A stretch of DNA of 64,000 nt, taken from assembly GCA_028534125.1 (NCBI GenBank), contig CM052817.1, positions 105,092,001 to 105,156,000 of the forward strand. The letters are read 5' to 3'. The notes beneath the pieces were generated by a model. It was not told the DNA's origin, did not search any database, and worked only from the letters and a program-made list of their open reading frames with translations. Positions within the stretch are counted from its first letter, which is position 1. The number at the start of each line of letters is the position of its first letter. This stretch comes from Lama glama (Eukaryota). The translations under genes and the position numbers were made by a program. Below are positions 38,735 to 53,057 of this stretch, one piece after another.

Positions 38735-39689
38735 ACATTAGTTTTTGATAGTTTCTTTGCCATGTGCCATGTGTCCTGAAAAGATATTCTAGGTTCATGC
38801 TGTATATTTCTGCTCCAGTTACATCTATTTTTCTCTGTTCACAATGAAGAGTTTAGCTTTCATGGACAGAGAAGATAACAGATGTAGAATTTCACATAAT
38901 AATTATTCACTGATTTAATTCTGCATTTCTTGCGCAATATTCTCTTTGAACAATACCAATATTACTGTGACCATTATGATTCAAAAAAAATTATATATTT
39001 TTGTCATTTCGTCCCATTTTTAAATGTTGTAGATCTACATTATCAGAGTGCATAATCTCTATGTAAGGTTCCTCTGTCTTGAAACCCTCATTTAGTCTTT
39101 GTACTAAATGAAAATCTTTCTATTCTCTGCTAGTGATGATGTATGTCAGTGTCTGACTAGATCATTTTCATGATCCCCTTTGTTTCTCTTCAATCATATT
39201 TTATTTTAAATAGATTATCTAGTATCAGTGTTTTATTTCTGCAGTTACTTTTCATTCCTTCACTGTTGCTGCATTAGATATGTGGTTTTAGCTGAAGTTA
39301 CAGATGAGAAGTAGCATCTTGGTTTGTGCTAAGATTCCTCCTGGGGACTGCAGTCTCTTCACCTGTGGATGATTTTGGGAGAAAAATGGATCCACGTTCA
39401 TTATACTTATCCATTCTTCACAAGATGCAAAAACCCCAAGATGAAGGAGAAAGATTCAATACTGTTAGTTTACTGATATCTACAACTTTCTACTTTTGAT
39501 TTGTACAAAAAAATTTCTAAACATATGATTTGACCAACTGGTATTTACAGCAATTGATCACTGCAACTGACACGAGCCTCATAACCAAGGGAGCCTATGA
39601 CCCTTGCTCTTATGGTGATAATGAACTATGTTCCAAGGCCCAGGGTGGTAGATTCATAAATGCTCCTTTTCTTCTGTGAAGGAGGTGCT

Positions 39690-40005
39690 TATTTTGCCTT
39701 GCCCTCCCAGGACTGGGCTTTGCTATGTCACTGCCTTCGGCCAATAAAATGCCAATATCAGTTCCAGGAAGAAGTGGGAAAATAGCCTGTGCTTTGCATG
39801 ACACACTTCCTCTTTCTCTGTGCTCTCTCAAGTGAAGAGCTCCAGATAAAAACACGATGTCGGCCTCAGTCCCAGCAGGAGGTAACTTGAGAACGTGAGC
39901 CCCTTCTATGCTCATAATGCCCCTTACCTGAGAATAAGCATGGACAATAAGGGAGAAATGAACTTTTATTGTCATAGACCACTAAGATGTTTGTCTGTCT
40001 GTTTT
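39690..40005 (+). mobile_element. Old MLT1-type LTR fragment
   Basis: Terminal gagaaatgaacttttattgtcatagaccactaagatgtttgtctgt resembles the MLT1 3' end. Confidence 0.5.
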
Positions 40006-40499
40006 CCTTTGACCTTATTTATCAGTAACTCCTGTTAGAGAAAATATTTTCTGCCTCATAGTCTCCAATTTACCAACTAAAGCATTTTCATATTTCTCAA
40101 AGTCGACCATCACTTTGGTATGTACATCTCAGTATGTACGGGAGTATTACTTTCCACTGAGCCAAGTCCTTTTCTCTTTGTTTTTCCCTCCATGCCCAGT
40201 GTGATGGCATAGATGTAATAATTCTCCTGTTGAGGTGATATTTGTGCCAGCAGGTGAAGTGTCCTTACTTTCCAGTGATTCTCAGTCTTGGTCATGTAAT
40301 GAGTGGACTTCACTGTGAATCATGCATCTTCCTAGGGTTTAAAACATTTGTCACCAAGACCAATTTTCCAATGTATGTGACATGTGATTCCAAGAAAGCA
40401 ACTGGAATGTCCTCATTAGCCAGGGGACTCTTCTATGTGGGGTTCTTGTTCCCTTCTGCAGAGCACCTTGAACCTGTCATAGATGTATTATTTCAATTT

Positions 40500-42360
40500 A
40501 ATTGTGCAATAATTAAGTAGATATGCCCCACTGAGGGGATAAAGACCATGAAATACTCAATTCATAATTGAAGATTTAACCAGCTCTGGAATGTGTACAT
40601 AGCTAATGATGTGGCAACATGATGTTTTCAGTCTCCATAAGGAAAGGTGATACACATTGTATCCTACCTCAGAGCTACAGTAACTTTCTTACACATTTAA
40701 AGAAAATTTGGTCACCTTGATGCTCTTAGATCAGATTCTCTATTGATCAATGACATTAAGGGGGCCTGATGAAGAGAAATAAGTACTTTCACTTCCCTGG
40801 TAAGATTCACTTACAATAAAGAGTCAAAAATAAATGTTGTGATGATTCAGGGACCAATCACATTGGTGACTTTGTAAGGGCTCCACTTGCCTGAAGACGC
40901 CAAAGCATCCCATCAATGGGAGGACAAATTGTTACACCTTGCCTCTCCTACCACTAGTAAGGGAACAGCACTCCATAGGCATTTTTGGATTTTGGAGCAG
41001 AATATAGCTCTTTTTGGAATACTGCTTCAATTTATTTATTAGGTAATTCAGAGACTACCAACTTTGGGTGGACCCAGAGCAAAACAGTGCTCTGCAGGAG
41101 ATCCAGGCTCTGGTGCAAGCTGTTTGCCAGCTTGGTCTTTTTACCTGATAGACCCAAAGGAGTTGGAGGTAAATGAGCATCTTACATGGAATTTCTGGAA
41201 AAAATAATCGGGGAGAAACAGTGAAGACTCATGCATTTCTGGAGAAAAGGTGTGATTTATGTAGCAGAAACCAGCAGATTTTGACATGCTACTAGGTCCC
41301 AGGAGATACTCAGCACCCAGGGATGGAACAGTGAGGACTATGGGATCAGAGTTGACCCTCATGAACTTGATGTGTCAGGTGTGCCAAATCAGAAAGCTGG
41401 GTACTGATGGAGTCTAACCATGTGTAAAGTGTGTAAGTGAGAACATAAACAGTTATGTGCATCCATGTCTATGCTATCTCTCTTTGTCACATTGACCTCT
41501 CTCCTTAAGCCCCACCCTATGGTGTCATAGGGGAGGAGGGACTAATTCCTCATGAGTCACTGATGTAGAAGAATAATCTTGGGCCTCGATCTAGAGCAGA
41601 TCAGCTGGGTAAGTTGGTTTGACCAGAAAACTGGACTTCTGCTACATCACAATCCAAATTAGAGGTGACTCTGAAGACAACAGTGAATCGAAATTCTTCC
41701 AAAAGCTAGGGTCTTAAGCCATATGCTTGCGTATCCACTTTGCTTGGAGGGAAAATTGCTAAAGCAAGGGTATATACAGATTTCTGGGCAGTGACAAATG
41801 ACTTGGAAGAAGAATTAGTGTCTTGGGTAGTGAAAGAGTAGAGGACCATATACAAGAAATTCTGGGTAGTAGGCTTGTGGGTGGATCTGGTGGTGGATCT
41901 CTGTGACCCATATTAACCCAGCTACTAAATGTCTCACCTGTCACTGGCGGGGACCAGTGCTGAGTCCACATCATGGATGCTTGTCCCATCTTATGCCATA
42001 TTATCCAGAAGTTATGGGCCAGAAATAACATTGGAGTGGCCTTAAACATAAAAAGAAGGCGCCAACTCTGGAATGGTACCCTGTAGAGTGTTGAGGTGTA
42101 TTTCCAGATATTGAATAAGGAGCCATTACAAGATGCTGCATCTCAACAACCTAGAGAAACCAAAGAGTTAAAGTGGAACGGGCTCCTCTCACCACTGTCC
42201 CCAAGCACCACCTAGAGAAAGTTACGCTTTCAGCCACAGCATTGTCTCTGTTGGATTAGATGTCCTGATCCCAAGAATGAAATGACTCCACCGGCTGACA
42301 TGGTAGAATTTCCACCAGTCCTACAGTTCTGACTGTCAACTAGTGATTCTGGCCTCCTCG
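40500..42360 (+). mobile_element. Highly decayed ERV-L-class pol remnant
   Basis: Colinear similarity to the 19.5-21.7 kb pol: caatgacattaagggggcctgatga, ggacaaattgttacaccttgcctctcctaccact, ggattttggagcag, ggacccagagcaaaacagtgctctgcaggagatccaggct, tcctctcaccactgtcccc. Confidence 0.75.
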
Positions 42361-43489
42361 AGAGAGGATAGATTGAACTTCGAGTGAAGCTGGAATGGAT
42401 CTGAGTGATGCCATACGTAGGCTGTGTTGGTGCTATTGGAACCTGGCCTGTATCTTCTCAGTCTATTCTGAATTCAACGGAAGCTTCAGTGGGTTCCTGG
42501 ACACACTGCCTCCCACCTCAAACATCTGTATCTTCCTCCCTGAAGTCCCACTCTGACCGCTGGAGTGAGCTTAGACGCTTACCAATCATAGTTGGAAATA
42601 CCACATTCTTGAAAATAAAATTAAATAACAAATGATAGTAAAATTTTAATTATCTTCTACATTATAACACTGTACTCAAAGCTAGACAAATTCACTCAGA
42701 TAGTCTAGATTAAAATGAAAAGAGCAACATCAATGATGAATTTTAAAATGAATACATTAGGGTCCCCTCTAACCTTTGTTATATTTTTATGTTATATTTT
42801 TAAGAAACATTGTATATGTTTTAACATGCACAGATTATTTCTAAACTTAAGGCTAATAGTATTTATTTGAGTTACTTAACCGTCTCTATATTTAATTACC
42901 AACATTTCCAATGATAATTTAATTTGTTTTCTGAACTAAAAGAAGCAGTGAAAACATCACAGGCAAGTTGAAGTTGCTATTTTAAAAATTCAGAAGCATG
43001 AAAGAGTTGAGTAACCCTAAAAGACTACCCAGCAGGACACAGAATCTGAGTGCTACCTGCCTCAGGGTTAATTATATCTGACTTACAGCTGGGGACACTA
43101 AGCATCCTTGATAATGGACCAGCTTAGCTCCTCTTTCTATGTTCTTGACCCCATTCACCCTGTGGTGTAGGGGGTCTCCCAGTATTTCAGCTGTGTCCTC
43201 TCATTGTCCCAGGTGCTGACTGTGTTATTCTGCACCCTGTGGTTTGTGACCAATTGGCTGTCACTCTGGTTCTCATTGTCAGAAAATTTCTATTTTACTC
43301 TTGGGCAAATGGTGTCATTTTGATAAGGTCTATGTTATATGTGAGCCAAATGATTTCAAGTGGGCTCTCTCTGCTATCTCTTATGTATTTACATCAGTGC
43401 TCCTGTGCAATTGTGGAAGGCTGGTCTGGAGGATTTAAACCTAATAATGATTTTTTTTCACAACTTTCTTTCTCATTAACTGTGCTGGA

Positions 43490-44095
43490 TCCATCTCAAG
43501 ACTAAATCATACATTTCCTAAAATGTCCAGAATTCACTCTACTCTTTCTCTTTCTCTCATGATCATCCTAATCCAAGCTACCATCATCTCTTGCAACAGA
43601 TGCATAAATAACCATTATTCCTTTGCCAACTCTTATATGCATCCGCTCATTAGTAGCCAGGTGTTAGTTTTGAACTATAAATGCAGTTCCGGACATTCTC
43701 CTTCCATCTAACTGCATCAATTCACATTCAGATCATTCCAGGGCTTTGCACGAGGCTTACTTCTCAGCGCTTCCTATCCCTGGGCCTCTGCATGGACTTT
43801 GCTTCTGGCAGGCCCTCTGCGTGTAATGCTTTCCTCCACATGTCACCTGTAATCATCTCTTCAGCATCCTACAGCTTCAACTGAAAAACCATACATGCGT
43901 GCCTTCCACGAGAGCTCCACGTGCTCCCATAGCATCATGCACGTGCCCTAATTAGCTCTTCATTTATTTTATTCTTGGAAGGTCATTTGTTTATCTCGTT
44001 AGACTGTCAGTCTAATGAGGTCAAGGCTGGATTCACCACCGTATAGCACTTTCCATGTAGTGGCCTTCAATACGCTTCTGTTGAATAAATAAATT
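43490..44095 (+). mobile_element. L2 3' fragment
   Basis: tccaagctaccatcatctcttgc; ctctgcgtgtaatgctttcc; ttagactgtcagtctaatgagg; terminal tgttgaataaataaat. Confidence 0.75.
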
Positions 44096-46394
44096 GCCTA
44101 AGAATTCTACCTTGGAGTAGTAGATATTTATACTGTCTCCTCCACACTTTAGACTAGTTCTGAAAGCAAGTATGAGATGTTTCCTTCTGTCCTTTCCTTT
44201 GCATTTACAAGAACATAGGGAGGTAGCTTTCCAGAGTACCAAGCGGGTCTAGGTTGGGAGGGTGTGAGAGGCAGTAATAATGTTACAACTGGTGGATTAG
44301 GGAATATGATGGAGTTCGAGCCATCAGTATCATGGTCTACAGAATTCAGGGAGGAAGTAAATATGGCAGTCCTCATTCTAATTTTTCCTCCCCCTTAATC
44401 TTGCCGTTGTTCTGTTACCACCAATTAGTTGCTGACTTCTCTTGGGGACTGTAAAATCAGGCAGAGGAGCTGTTCTGCACTGAGGACTTGAGTACTCTTT
44501 ATAACATTAATTCTATGGGAGCAGGCACTTCTGAGCTCAAACAAATGGAAAGAATGAAAGAATGAAATGAAGAGGAACTCTTGGTGCACAGCTCATCTAC
44601 AACCTGAGGACTGGGCTTATCAAAGACGAGCCCTTGGACCACATCTTTTTCAGAATCGTGTCTCCAAAACATTTGTGTTGCATGAAAAAGCAAAGAAAAT
44701 CTCTTCTCCCTGAAGGAGGAGACATTTTCAGAAGAGTGTTTTATGTACATTACAGAAAATTGTTGGATTTACTCCAGATAAATTATTCATCATTCTTCCT
44801 GGGCGATGCTAAGACTTTAAAGCAATGGCGAAGTTTTTGCTTTATCTCCATAATGTAACTTTTCAAATATTTCCCGTTATACTTTAAAATGTGTTTCAGA
44901 AATTATGAGTCAGCGGTAACAGCTACTCAGAAAATTATTGAAGGACTTAAATATATTTTGTTTAAGAAACCATCTATTCTTTGGCAATTACAAGTTTACT
45001 ATCTCATAACAAAACTCATTTAAAAAGTGTTATGGACACATCATCTTAATTTCCCCAGATCTCAACTGTCTGTGCTTTACTTCCACAATTCATGAACTTA
45101 TGCACCTTATCTCCGAGGTTCTTAGGATCCTTCATATTTCCCCTCAGATATTTCTCTATTATTCATGCTTCAGGGATTTTTTGGAAGGCCCAAGAGGTGC
45201 CCTGCTCACCTTTTACATGGACTTCTGGGGGCTGTAACCTGCCAGCTCCCTGCTGGTTTGACCATTTTTTCCGCAGGCATTGCAAGGTTCTATCTGATGG
45301 AACGGGCACTCTCCTGAGGATCTTTCTCCCTGTCAGCATCTTCACTGTGCTGTTAGGCGCTTACGGATGCTGCCTTGGGAAGTACAGACTCTGACAGGTG
45401 CTGTCACTGCTGTACTGAGCACTGGGGTGACTCTCCTGCTGCTGCAGGTGTCGTCCCCTTTGCAACAGCCTCAGAAATGCCCTGAGGTGGCAGCGGTCCT
45501 CATGCTGTGTCGCTCCACAGCCACCAAAGTACAGGAGAATGCATCTTTCTTTTGATACTACATTCCATGAGATTTAGAGACATTCACAAGAAGTATGTGC
45601 TGTACCTTGTCTTACACAGTTTTACGCAGGCATTCTTTCCTGTATTTATTTATTTTTATTTTTTACTCTATCATCTACCTATTTTTCATAGTTCTCGAAC
45701 ATGAATCCATTAGGAATCATGCTGTGACACCAACCTCAGCATTCCAGCCCTAATCATGACCTTAATACAAAAAGATCCAGGGCATCACTGTTCATAATAC
45801 ATCTTCAAATTCTACTTTGAATCAATGCCTCTAACCCCCACCACAATTACAGTCAAATTGCAGAATGAATAACATTTTAGAAAATTCTCTTCTAAATTAT
45901 TGCAGTAAAAGTACCATTCTACTCCCCCCCCAAAAGCTAATATTAAGAAAAATAAGAACCTAAGGTAATGTAATGTGGAACATACCACACAAAAATAAAC
46001 ATACAGACATACATACATATATATATTAATTAATTAATTAAAATACAAAGATTATGTCTCATAATGCAATTCAGTTCATGTAAGCAGATCTTCAGACTCA
46101 AATTGAAAAGGCTTTGTGTCTATCGGCCATTTACCACCACTGAAAACTTAACTGAAAATAGAAAAAAAGCATGTAATATAAATTATGAAATACATGTTAA
46201 ATATTGTTGCAGATACAATTTATTCATTATTATACTCTCAAGCAACACTTAAGGCAAATTTCCTTAAAAATAGAAGATAAAAAGTACATGCTATAATGCA
46301 AAATTTAAAAAATGTGAATTACTAAGAAATCTTCCTTGGTCTGCAGATATGGAAAAATGCGACCTCAGGATTTATTCTAATAACATTGACAAAA

Positions 46395-47166
46395 ATGCCA
46401 CCAATAACTGGGTCACAATGACTTGGGTCACCACCTGGAGTCAGGCCAGACTTCACAAGTTAAGGACATTTCTCTACAAGACCACCCGACTTCAGACAAC
46501 AGCTGCAAGTTTGGGGTTCCCAGACACCCACAGTCCTGGCCAGCTGGCCACAAATGGGAGAGTTCCTGCTTCTCCCTTAGGTCCAATAATTGACTAACAT
46601 GACCCACAGAATTTGCTGACTTTACTATACTTACAAATGCAGTCTCTTCATAGCAGCAGGGATACAGATCAGAGTCAACCAAAGAAGAGATGCTTGGAGC
46701 GAGGTCTGGGAGGGTTCCAAACATGAAGCTCCTATGTCCTCAACAACTGGTCACCCTCCTTGCATAGCAGCATGTAGCAACACGCACAGGCTCTTGTTCC
46801 ACAGCAAAGCCCACCTGAGCTTTGGTGGCTGGAGGTTTTAGTGGGGTCTCATTGCATAAACATGATTGATGAAATCTTTGGCCATGGGATTGAACTCAGT
46901 CTGTATTCCCTTTCATTCCCTGAATGTTGTGTTAATAACAAATGGCTCAAAGTCCCAACCTTCTAATCACATGGTTGGTCTTTCTGGAATGGCCAGCCCC
47001 CATCCTGAATCACCTTATCAGAATAAACTGTCTAGGGGGTCCATCATTAGCATAAATTATTAGAACAGACCACGAATAACAAAGACCCTTCCATCACTTG
47101 GGAAATTTGGAAGCTCCCTCCCAGGAACCAGAGACCAATACCGGCCAAATTCTTGGCTATACAATA
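46395..47166 (-). mobile_element. MER21-like LTR
   Basis: Antisense MER21 motifs: cagacttcacaagttaagg, acttcagacaacagctgcaagtttgggg, gaggtctgggagggttccaaac, aaagtcccaaccttctaatcacatggttggtc, ccaggaaccagagaccaa. Confidence 0.8.
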
Positions 47167-47429
47167 GGAATTCTGTCCACACCATTTATTTCTTGTTTAA
47201 CCTTTCTTTTTCAAATTTCATACTTTAGTCTGTAATTTTAAAATACCTCTTGATCTATAGTAATTTACTTTAGTCATGTGGAATTTATTAACATTTTATA
47301 TGACACTGCCTCTGACATCCTTTTTGACTCTCCATTACCATTTTCATGATCTTATTCCTATCAAAACAATGGTGCTATGATGTTATATAAATAGGTTGTT
47401 CCCTAACAGTTATGTCTTCAACATTTATG

Positions 47430-47985
47430 TGACAAACAAGACAAACTCAAAGAAACTCACACCAGAATGCATCATAATTACACTTTTGAAAACTAATGAC
47501 AAAAAAAAAAATTTTCAGTTTTATTTTTTATGGACGTGTAGTTGTTTTACCATGTTAGTTTTAAGTGTACAGCAAAGTGATTCAGTTATACATATACAAA
47601 CATATATATTTTTCTCTTTTGATTATTTTCCATTGTATGTTGTTACAAAAAATTGAATATAGTTCCCTGTGCTATACAGTAGGTCCTTGTTGTTTATCAA
47701 AAACGAAATCTTGAAAGCTGTCAGAGAAGGAATATATATTTTTGTGGGGGAAAAACCAATTCAAATGAGATCTAGTTTCTCATCTGAAACCATGGAGGCC
47801 AGAAGAAAGTGACATGATTATTTTTATGTTCTGAAATAAAACAGTTGTCAACCATGAATTCTATATTGGGTGAAATTATCTTTCAGGAGGGAAACATAGG
47901 GAAAAAAAGCATTTTCTTGCAGAGAAAAATGAAGAAAATTTGTAAATAGCAGGTCTCCCCTTAAAAACTAGCTAAAGGTACTTTT
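47430..47985 (+). mobile_element. Old L1 ORF1 C-terminal fragment, interrupted by a younger L1 tail
   Basis: TPECIIITLLKTNDK (TPRHIIIKLLKTKDK); gaaatcttgaaagctgtcagagaa (ILKAARE-like); ttctcatctgaaaccatggaggccagaaga (FSSETMEARR). Confidence 0.85.
47512..47698 (-). mobile_element. L1 3' tail nested in L1 ORF1 remnant
   Basis: gtgtacagcaaagtgattcagttatacatatac...ttgaatatagttccctgtgctatacagtaggtccttgttgtttatc. Confidence 0.9.
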
Positions 47986-48269
47986 CATGTCGTATCGTAT
48001 GGGTCCAAACAAGAGACCCTTTCTTGAATTTTAAGTGAGTTCTTATGTAAAATGCTCCTTCCAAGTTTATAGATGAGCATGCGAGTATATGATTTTTACG
48101 TCATACTTGATTACTGGAATGAAAATAAAATTCTATATGATCCTCAAGACAGCATTTAAAACTGGAGATAGTAAAAGGTCTTAAATAGAAGTGAGGTTTC
48201 CACACTTTATTAGAAGCAATGAAACGTTGCTACTTGTAGACCGTCATAAGCCACATGTGTATGTTATAA

Positions 48270-49030
48270 TACAGGGAGATGGAAAATTATTGGTGAGTTT
48301 TATCTCACCAGTGGTGTGATGTATTGCGCCTTATGTTAGAATAAAAGAAACAGAGCTCTCAGGCTCCTGGGTGGAGAGTTAATTTCAGGGAGATACACAG
48401 TCGGGAGGTTATTGCAGTGGCTGATGTGAAGGGCAGCTTGCATACGGTCGAAGCGTTAGAGATGATGGTACGTGTTAGATTCTGGATCTATCTTGAAGGT
48501 AGAGCTATGCGTATTTGGTGGTATATTAAGTGGAGGTGGGAGTTCTGAAAAAAGGAAAAGGATGACCTTAAGAATCGTGATGTGAGCCAAAATATGTAGT
48601 TGCCCTTTATCCAAATTGAATGTCTGTGAGAAAACTTAGGTTTTGGAAATCTTACTAATGACTATCAGATGACAATTAGATGTAGAGTTGTATATAACTT
48701 TTAACATACATAAATCAAGAGTACAGAGTTTGAAATAGGATTGGAACTGCATTTATACATAGTAGAGCAATAAAATAGGCTAAGATCCCATCAGGAGTCA
48801 AGTTACAGAGAGAAGAGAAGTATGTTAGCACTCACCCTGGTGAAATACAACATTAACAGGTCACAGCGACGCAAGCGACCCAGAAAAAGTGAATTGAAAA
48901 GGAGCAACAGATGAAGTATGAGAACGGAGAAAGAGGTATCCTGGAGTCTAACTTTGAAATGAAAAGGGTTTCAAGAATAAGATGCCAATCTCTTTACAAA
49001 TGCTGCTGAACGTTCAGATGGGATGACTTG
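48270..49030 (-). mobile_element. L2 fragment
   Basis: gggaggttattgcagtgg, gattctggatctatcttgaaggtagagc, caaatgctgctgaacgttcagatgggatga. Confidence 0.65.
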
Positions 49031-50819
49031 CGATTGTATGAGTCACGCGTTCTGTTGTCTGGATCTAAGAGTAATTCCAATGTCCCACAATCTCTATGGG
49101 ATTATTTAATTGCACAGTGACTGAATGATAGATCTGAGTTTGATTAGATGTATGAAACACTATTCAATGGAAAGAAAGTAAGGTTATTTCCCGTCCACTC
49201 CCCTACCTGTGTCTTATGCACGCTCTCTGTCTCTAGGCTCGCAAACCTTGGGTGTTTCAACCAGAAAACTTATAAAGCATCTTAATTCATAGATTTTGCT
49301 TCTGAGGGGAATGCAGTAATGAGTTCTGTTCTTTACTAAGAATTTTTAGAGGATCAAAGCAGTCATGCAATGAGGAGGAGTCAGGAGACTGTGGAGGGCA
49401 CACTGCTATGCATCTGATTTTCCACATTCCTGCCACTTGAGTAAAATGCTATGAGCAAATTATAAACAAGAAATGCATCAGGAACCATACAATCCTGGGG
49501 TTTTTTTGTTGCACACACACAAAAAAATCTATCATTTCTCCCTGGCAGAGATCCAGAAACTGTGAAGAGGCAAAGATCTCACCTCAGTAAAATTAGACAG
49601 CGCTTGATAAATGATGACTGGTTAATAGGAACTGCAAACATGAAATTGTAGATCTAAGAAGTGAGTTAAACATCACTCAAGAGATAGGTCAGGAGATGAA
49701 AGATGTGTGATTTCCCACATATCCTTTCTGTTCCAGCACTGATTCTGGGTAAACTGTTTCCAAGCATGTGATTTACAGAAAAGATTCCTGCAGAAACAGG
49801 ATCAGTAGGTCATCCTTCAGGTCCTGTGTCAATTGAAAAACATAACTCTGGAAATCATTTACAATAGAAACCAAAAAAAAAATCCAAACTTAATTTTAAT
49901 TTTTAAAAAGGCAGGAAGTCATAAGAAAACGGAAGGTTCAGGAGGACATGCTGAGATAAAAAGATAACAGGGTTACAAAAGGAAAAACTGCATGAACAAT
50001 AAAATTATAAAAGGAAAATGTATACTGATTGTGCTTAAAAAATGAGAAATATTAAAAAAACAGATTCACAAGATTATAGCAAAAATAAATAAATTATACA
50101 AACAAGAACTGTTCTATAAAGAAAAGTTTTAAAATTATCCGAATCATGAACAAAGTCTACAGTCACTGAGCCCTCAAAAAGCCAACATTAAACAAAAACA
50201 TGATAACAAAGTCAGAGGTCTCTCTATAGTGATCAAAAATCATTAGAAACTTTTAATGAAAAGAAACTTGAGCCAGAGAATTTTGTGTTTAGAAAAGTCC
50301 AGTTTCCAAAATCATGTAAATACTTCTTGAGGTAATTAAATGACTCAGAAATTGTATCATACATGCTTCTTCTTAACCAGAAAAACAATACATATGCCTA
50401 TATAAGTACATATAAACAAAGACCACGCACACACATAAATACACACACATACAAGCTGTCTGGAAGTTGGATCTAAATCTACACTTTAAGAACGGGCTGG
50501 GGATGACATTGCAAAAAATGATTGCTTATAAGCCATACATTCCAATGAATATTTAATATAGTTTTACAACTAAATATAAATATCAAAGTAATATTTAAAG
50601 CAAAAAGATGGGATATCAATTGTGAGAATGTCATAACAATGATCCCAGTTCTAAACCTTAGTTTATATTAATAGAGAGGCAATTTTGGTATAATCACTAA
50701 TAATAGAGGCTTTTGAGTAAGACAAACCTATTTTAAATTCCGACTCTACCACTTACTAGATTTGTATCGAGATGAAACTTGCTCATTTAATTCTAAAATG
50801 TGGTAAATTATGACAAGAT

Positions 50820-52480
50820 ATCAAAATAATTACTGCCAATCTCAGAATCAAATATATGGATTTTTGTCTGGGGTCCACTTCTTACCTGTTGAACCATACC
50901 TGCATCACGTGGGCATGTGACTTGTTTTTCCAGGTCTTTCTTGATGTCATTCACATATAGTTCATCTTCATTAAAAAAGGGTGCCTACCACGAGGATACC
51001 CAAATGGATGGTTTGCTGGGTAAGATGCTACTTTTTTATGATGGGCAACTCAGGTTGCCTTGTGTCTTCTTGTCACCGACCAAGCCTTTAGTCTTTCCTG
51101 CGGTCTAGTACTAAGCCTTCTCAACAGGAGAAGAGTTAATCACAGAGGATGGGAGAGCCCTGTCCTGTAACCTTAAGGGTCTGTGTTGCGCTGAGCTGTG
51201 ATTCACCCATAGTGACTTCTCAAAGGCTTCATGATGGCGTTTCCCTCTGCCATAGAGACTCCAGGCAGCACTGAATCTCCTGAGTCACGTGGCCCAAGAA
51301 GCCAAGCCAACTCCATGGCCGTCTAGAACTGGAGCAGCTTGTCATGGGACTCCTCAAAACCATCTGCTCCTCGGAGTACCCCAAAATGGATGACAGGAGT
51401 GCACAGAAATAAATTACATATTGCCTCAAAGAAACAAAATGACCATAAGGCCTTTTCAGTTGTAGGAAGGAGCAGATTCAGCAAAATATTCTTTCTTTTG
51501 AAGAGATCTCTCAATATGCTCTATACTAAGTGTCAGTAAACCACAGCCTGTGGATCAAACCCAATCCTATTTTTTAGAGAAAGCTATTGAAAAAAAAAAT
51601 AGCCACGTTCATTTCTTTACATATTGCCCCTGACTGATTCACATTATAATGGCAGAACTGAGTAGTTGTATTAGAAATGTATGGCAAAGCCTAAAATATT
51701 TACTATTCTCTGCTTTAAAAAAATAGTTTTCCAAACCCTGCCCATTAGACCATGGGACACTGAGAAATTTCATTAAGTGACGGGATGCTGTGTTTTGGGG
51801 GTTTGTTTCCCACATTCGGGCATGCCTGTGTCATACCAATGTGCCTTTTGTCATTGCTACTTCCAGCTCATCAGGGTCCAGTCAGCATGACACCATCAAT
51901 TTAATGCACCAACTTGATTGGACTGGAGTTGTGACGTAATTCCTTGTGACTAGATGATGCTATCGGTCTGGTTGGCTGATACAGCCCTGAGGCACGATAG
52001 TTAGTGAAAGTGTATGGCTAAGCGTACCAGCTGGAAGCAAATTGTTTCTGGTGATATTCATTCACAGACACAGAAAAAAAAATGTATTCATGTTCAGTAG
52101 CTGAGTACATGCACCAGCTGTGTTCATTGTTCAAGCAGTGAAACTGTATCCGGAATAGCAACCGTGACTGTAAAGAGGTCTTCACCTCTTTAAGTTTATA
52201 ATAATTCACCATCAGTACCTGAAACGCATGTCTTCTCTGCACAGCTCAAGAGGCACATCAAATGTGAAGTGATAGGACTTTCTACCCCCTACCTCTGTCA
52301 AGACCTCGGTGGTGGCCCTAATATCTGTAATTCTCCCAGGAATGCGGGTCTGCTTTGATGTACTGTTTTGGCAGGTGGAGGAAGTTCTTGTGGCTTCTGT
52401 TGGGTTTTCACTGTGAGATTAGCTTCATACTAATCATTAAGGAACTAGCAGAAGACTCTTGACAATTAATGTGTATATCT
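50820..52480 (-). mobile_element. Decayed ERV-L pol (RT/connection) remnant
   Basis: Minus ORF 52018-52242 has MVNYYKL and FFSVSVNEYHQKQFASSW (ERV-L RT MTVDYRKL, FFSIP...HQKQFAFSW); similarity continues leftward across the MER58 insertion. Confidence 0.85.
51528..51741. mobile_element. MER58A-like hAT MITE nested in ERV-L pol
   Basis: gtgtcagtaaaccacagcctgtggatcaaa ... ggcagaactgagtagttg ... caaagcctaaaatatttactat ... aaaccctg. Confidence 0.8.
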
Positions 52481-52711
52481 ATTCCTATTAAGCATTTCAG
52501 AATTGGGATAATCACAAGATATGACCAAGAATGCATTCAACTCACTGAGAGACAAACTCTAGACAAAACTTAGATGGATCACTTGAACGTCATCTGCGTC
52601 TAGTCTGACTGGTGGACCACTGTGGTGTTTTGGTGTCCAAAAACCTTTGTAAGTTTGAGACAGTGTACAATTTCAAAAAAGTCTAATTATTTCCCATTGC
52701 CCAGTACTCAG

Positions 52712-53057
52712 TGCTATGGACTGAAATGTGAACACCCCCAAATTCCTACCTTGGAAAACTGAAACTCAGTGTGATGTCATTTTGAGATGGGGCCTTTGGG
52801 AGATTATTGGATTTATATGAGGTTGCATGGGTGGGGTCTTCATGGTGGGATCAGTGCCCTTAAAGAGGCACTCTCTCTACCATGTAAGGACACAACCAGA
52901 CAGTATAACCAAAGAATAGAGCCTTCACCGCGAGCAGATCATGCTACTACCTTGATCTTGAACTTCCAATCTCTGAAATTATGAGAAAATGCATTTCTGT
53001 TGCTGAGGTCACTCCATCTATGGTATTTTGTTATGGTAGCTCAAGCTGACTAACATA
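52712..53057 (+). mobile_element. MLT1A/B-type MaLR LTR
   Basis: tgctatggactgaaatgt...ggggcctttgggag...ccatgtaaggacaca...accttgatcttgaacttcc...tatggtattttgttatggtagc...gactaacata. Confidence 0.9.

Noticed and set aside
39610..39975. 121-aa minus-strand ORF
   Set aside because: Antisense to an old MLT1-like LTR fragment; no recognisable homology.
45250..45400. Good-looking splice acceptor (tttgaccattttttccgcag) within a 100-aa ORF
   Set aside because: No convincing downstream donor and no recognisable protein; such acceptors are common by chance.
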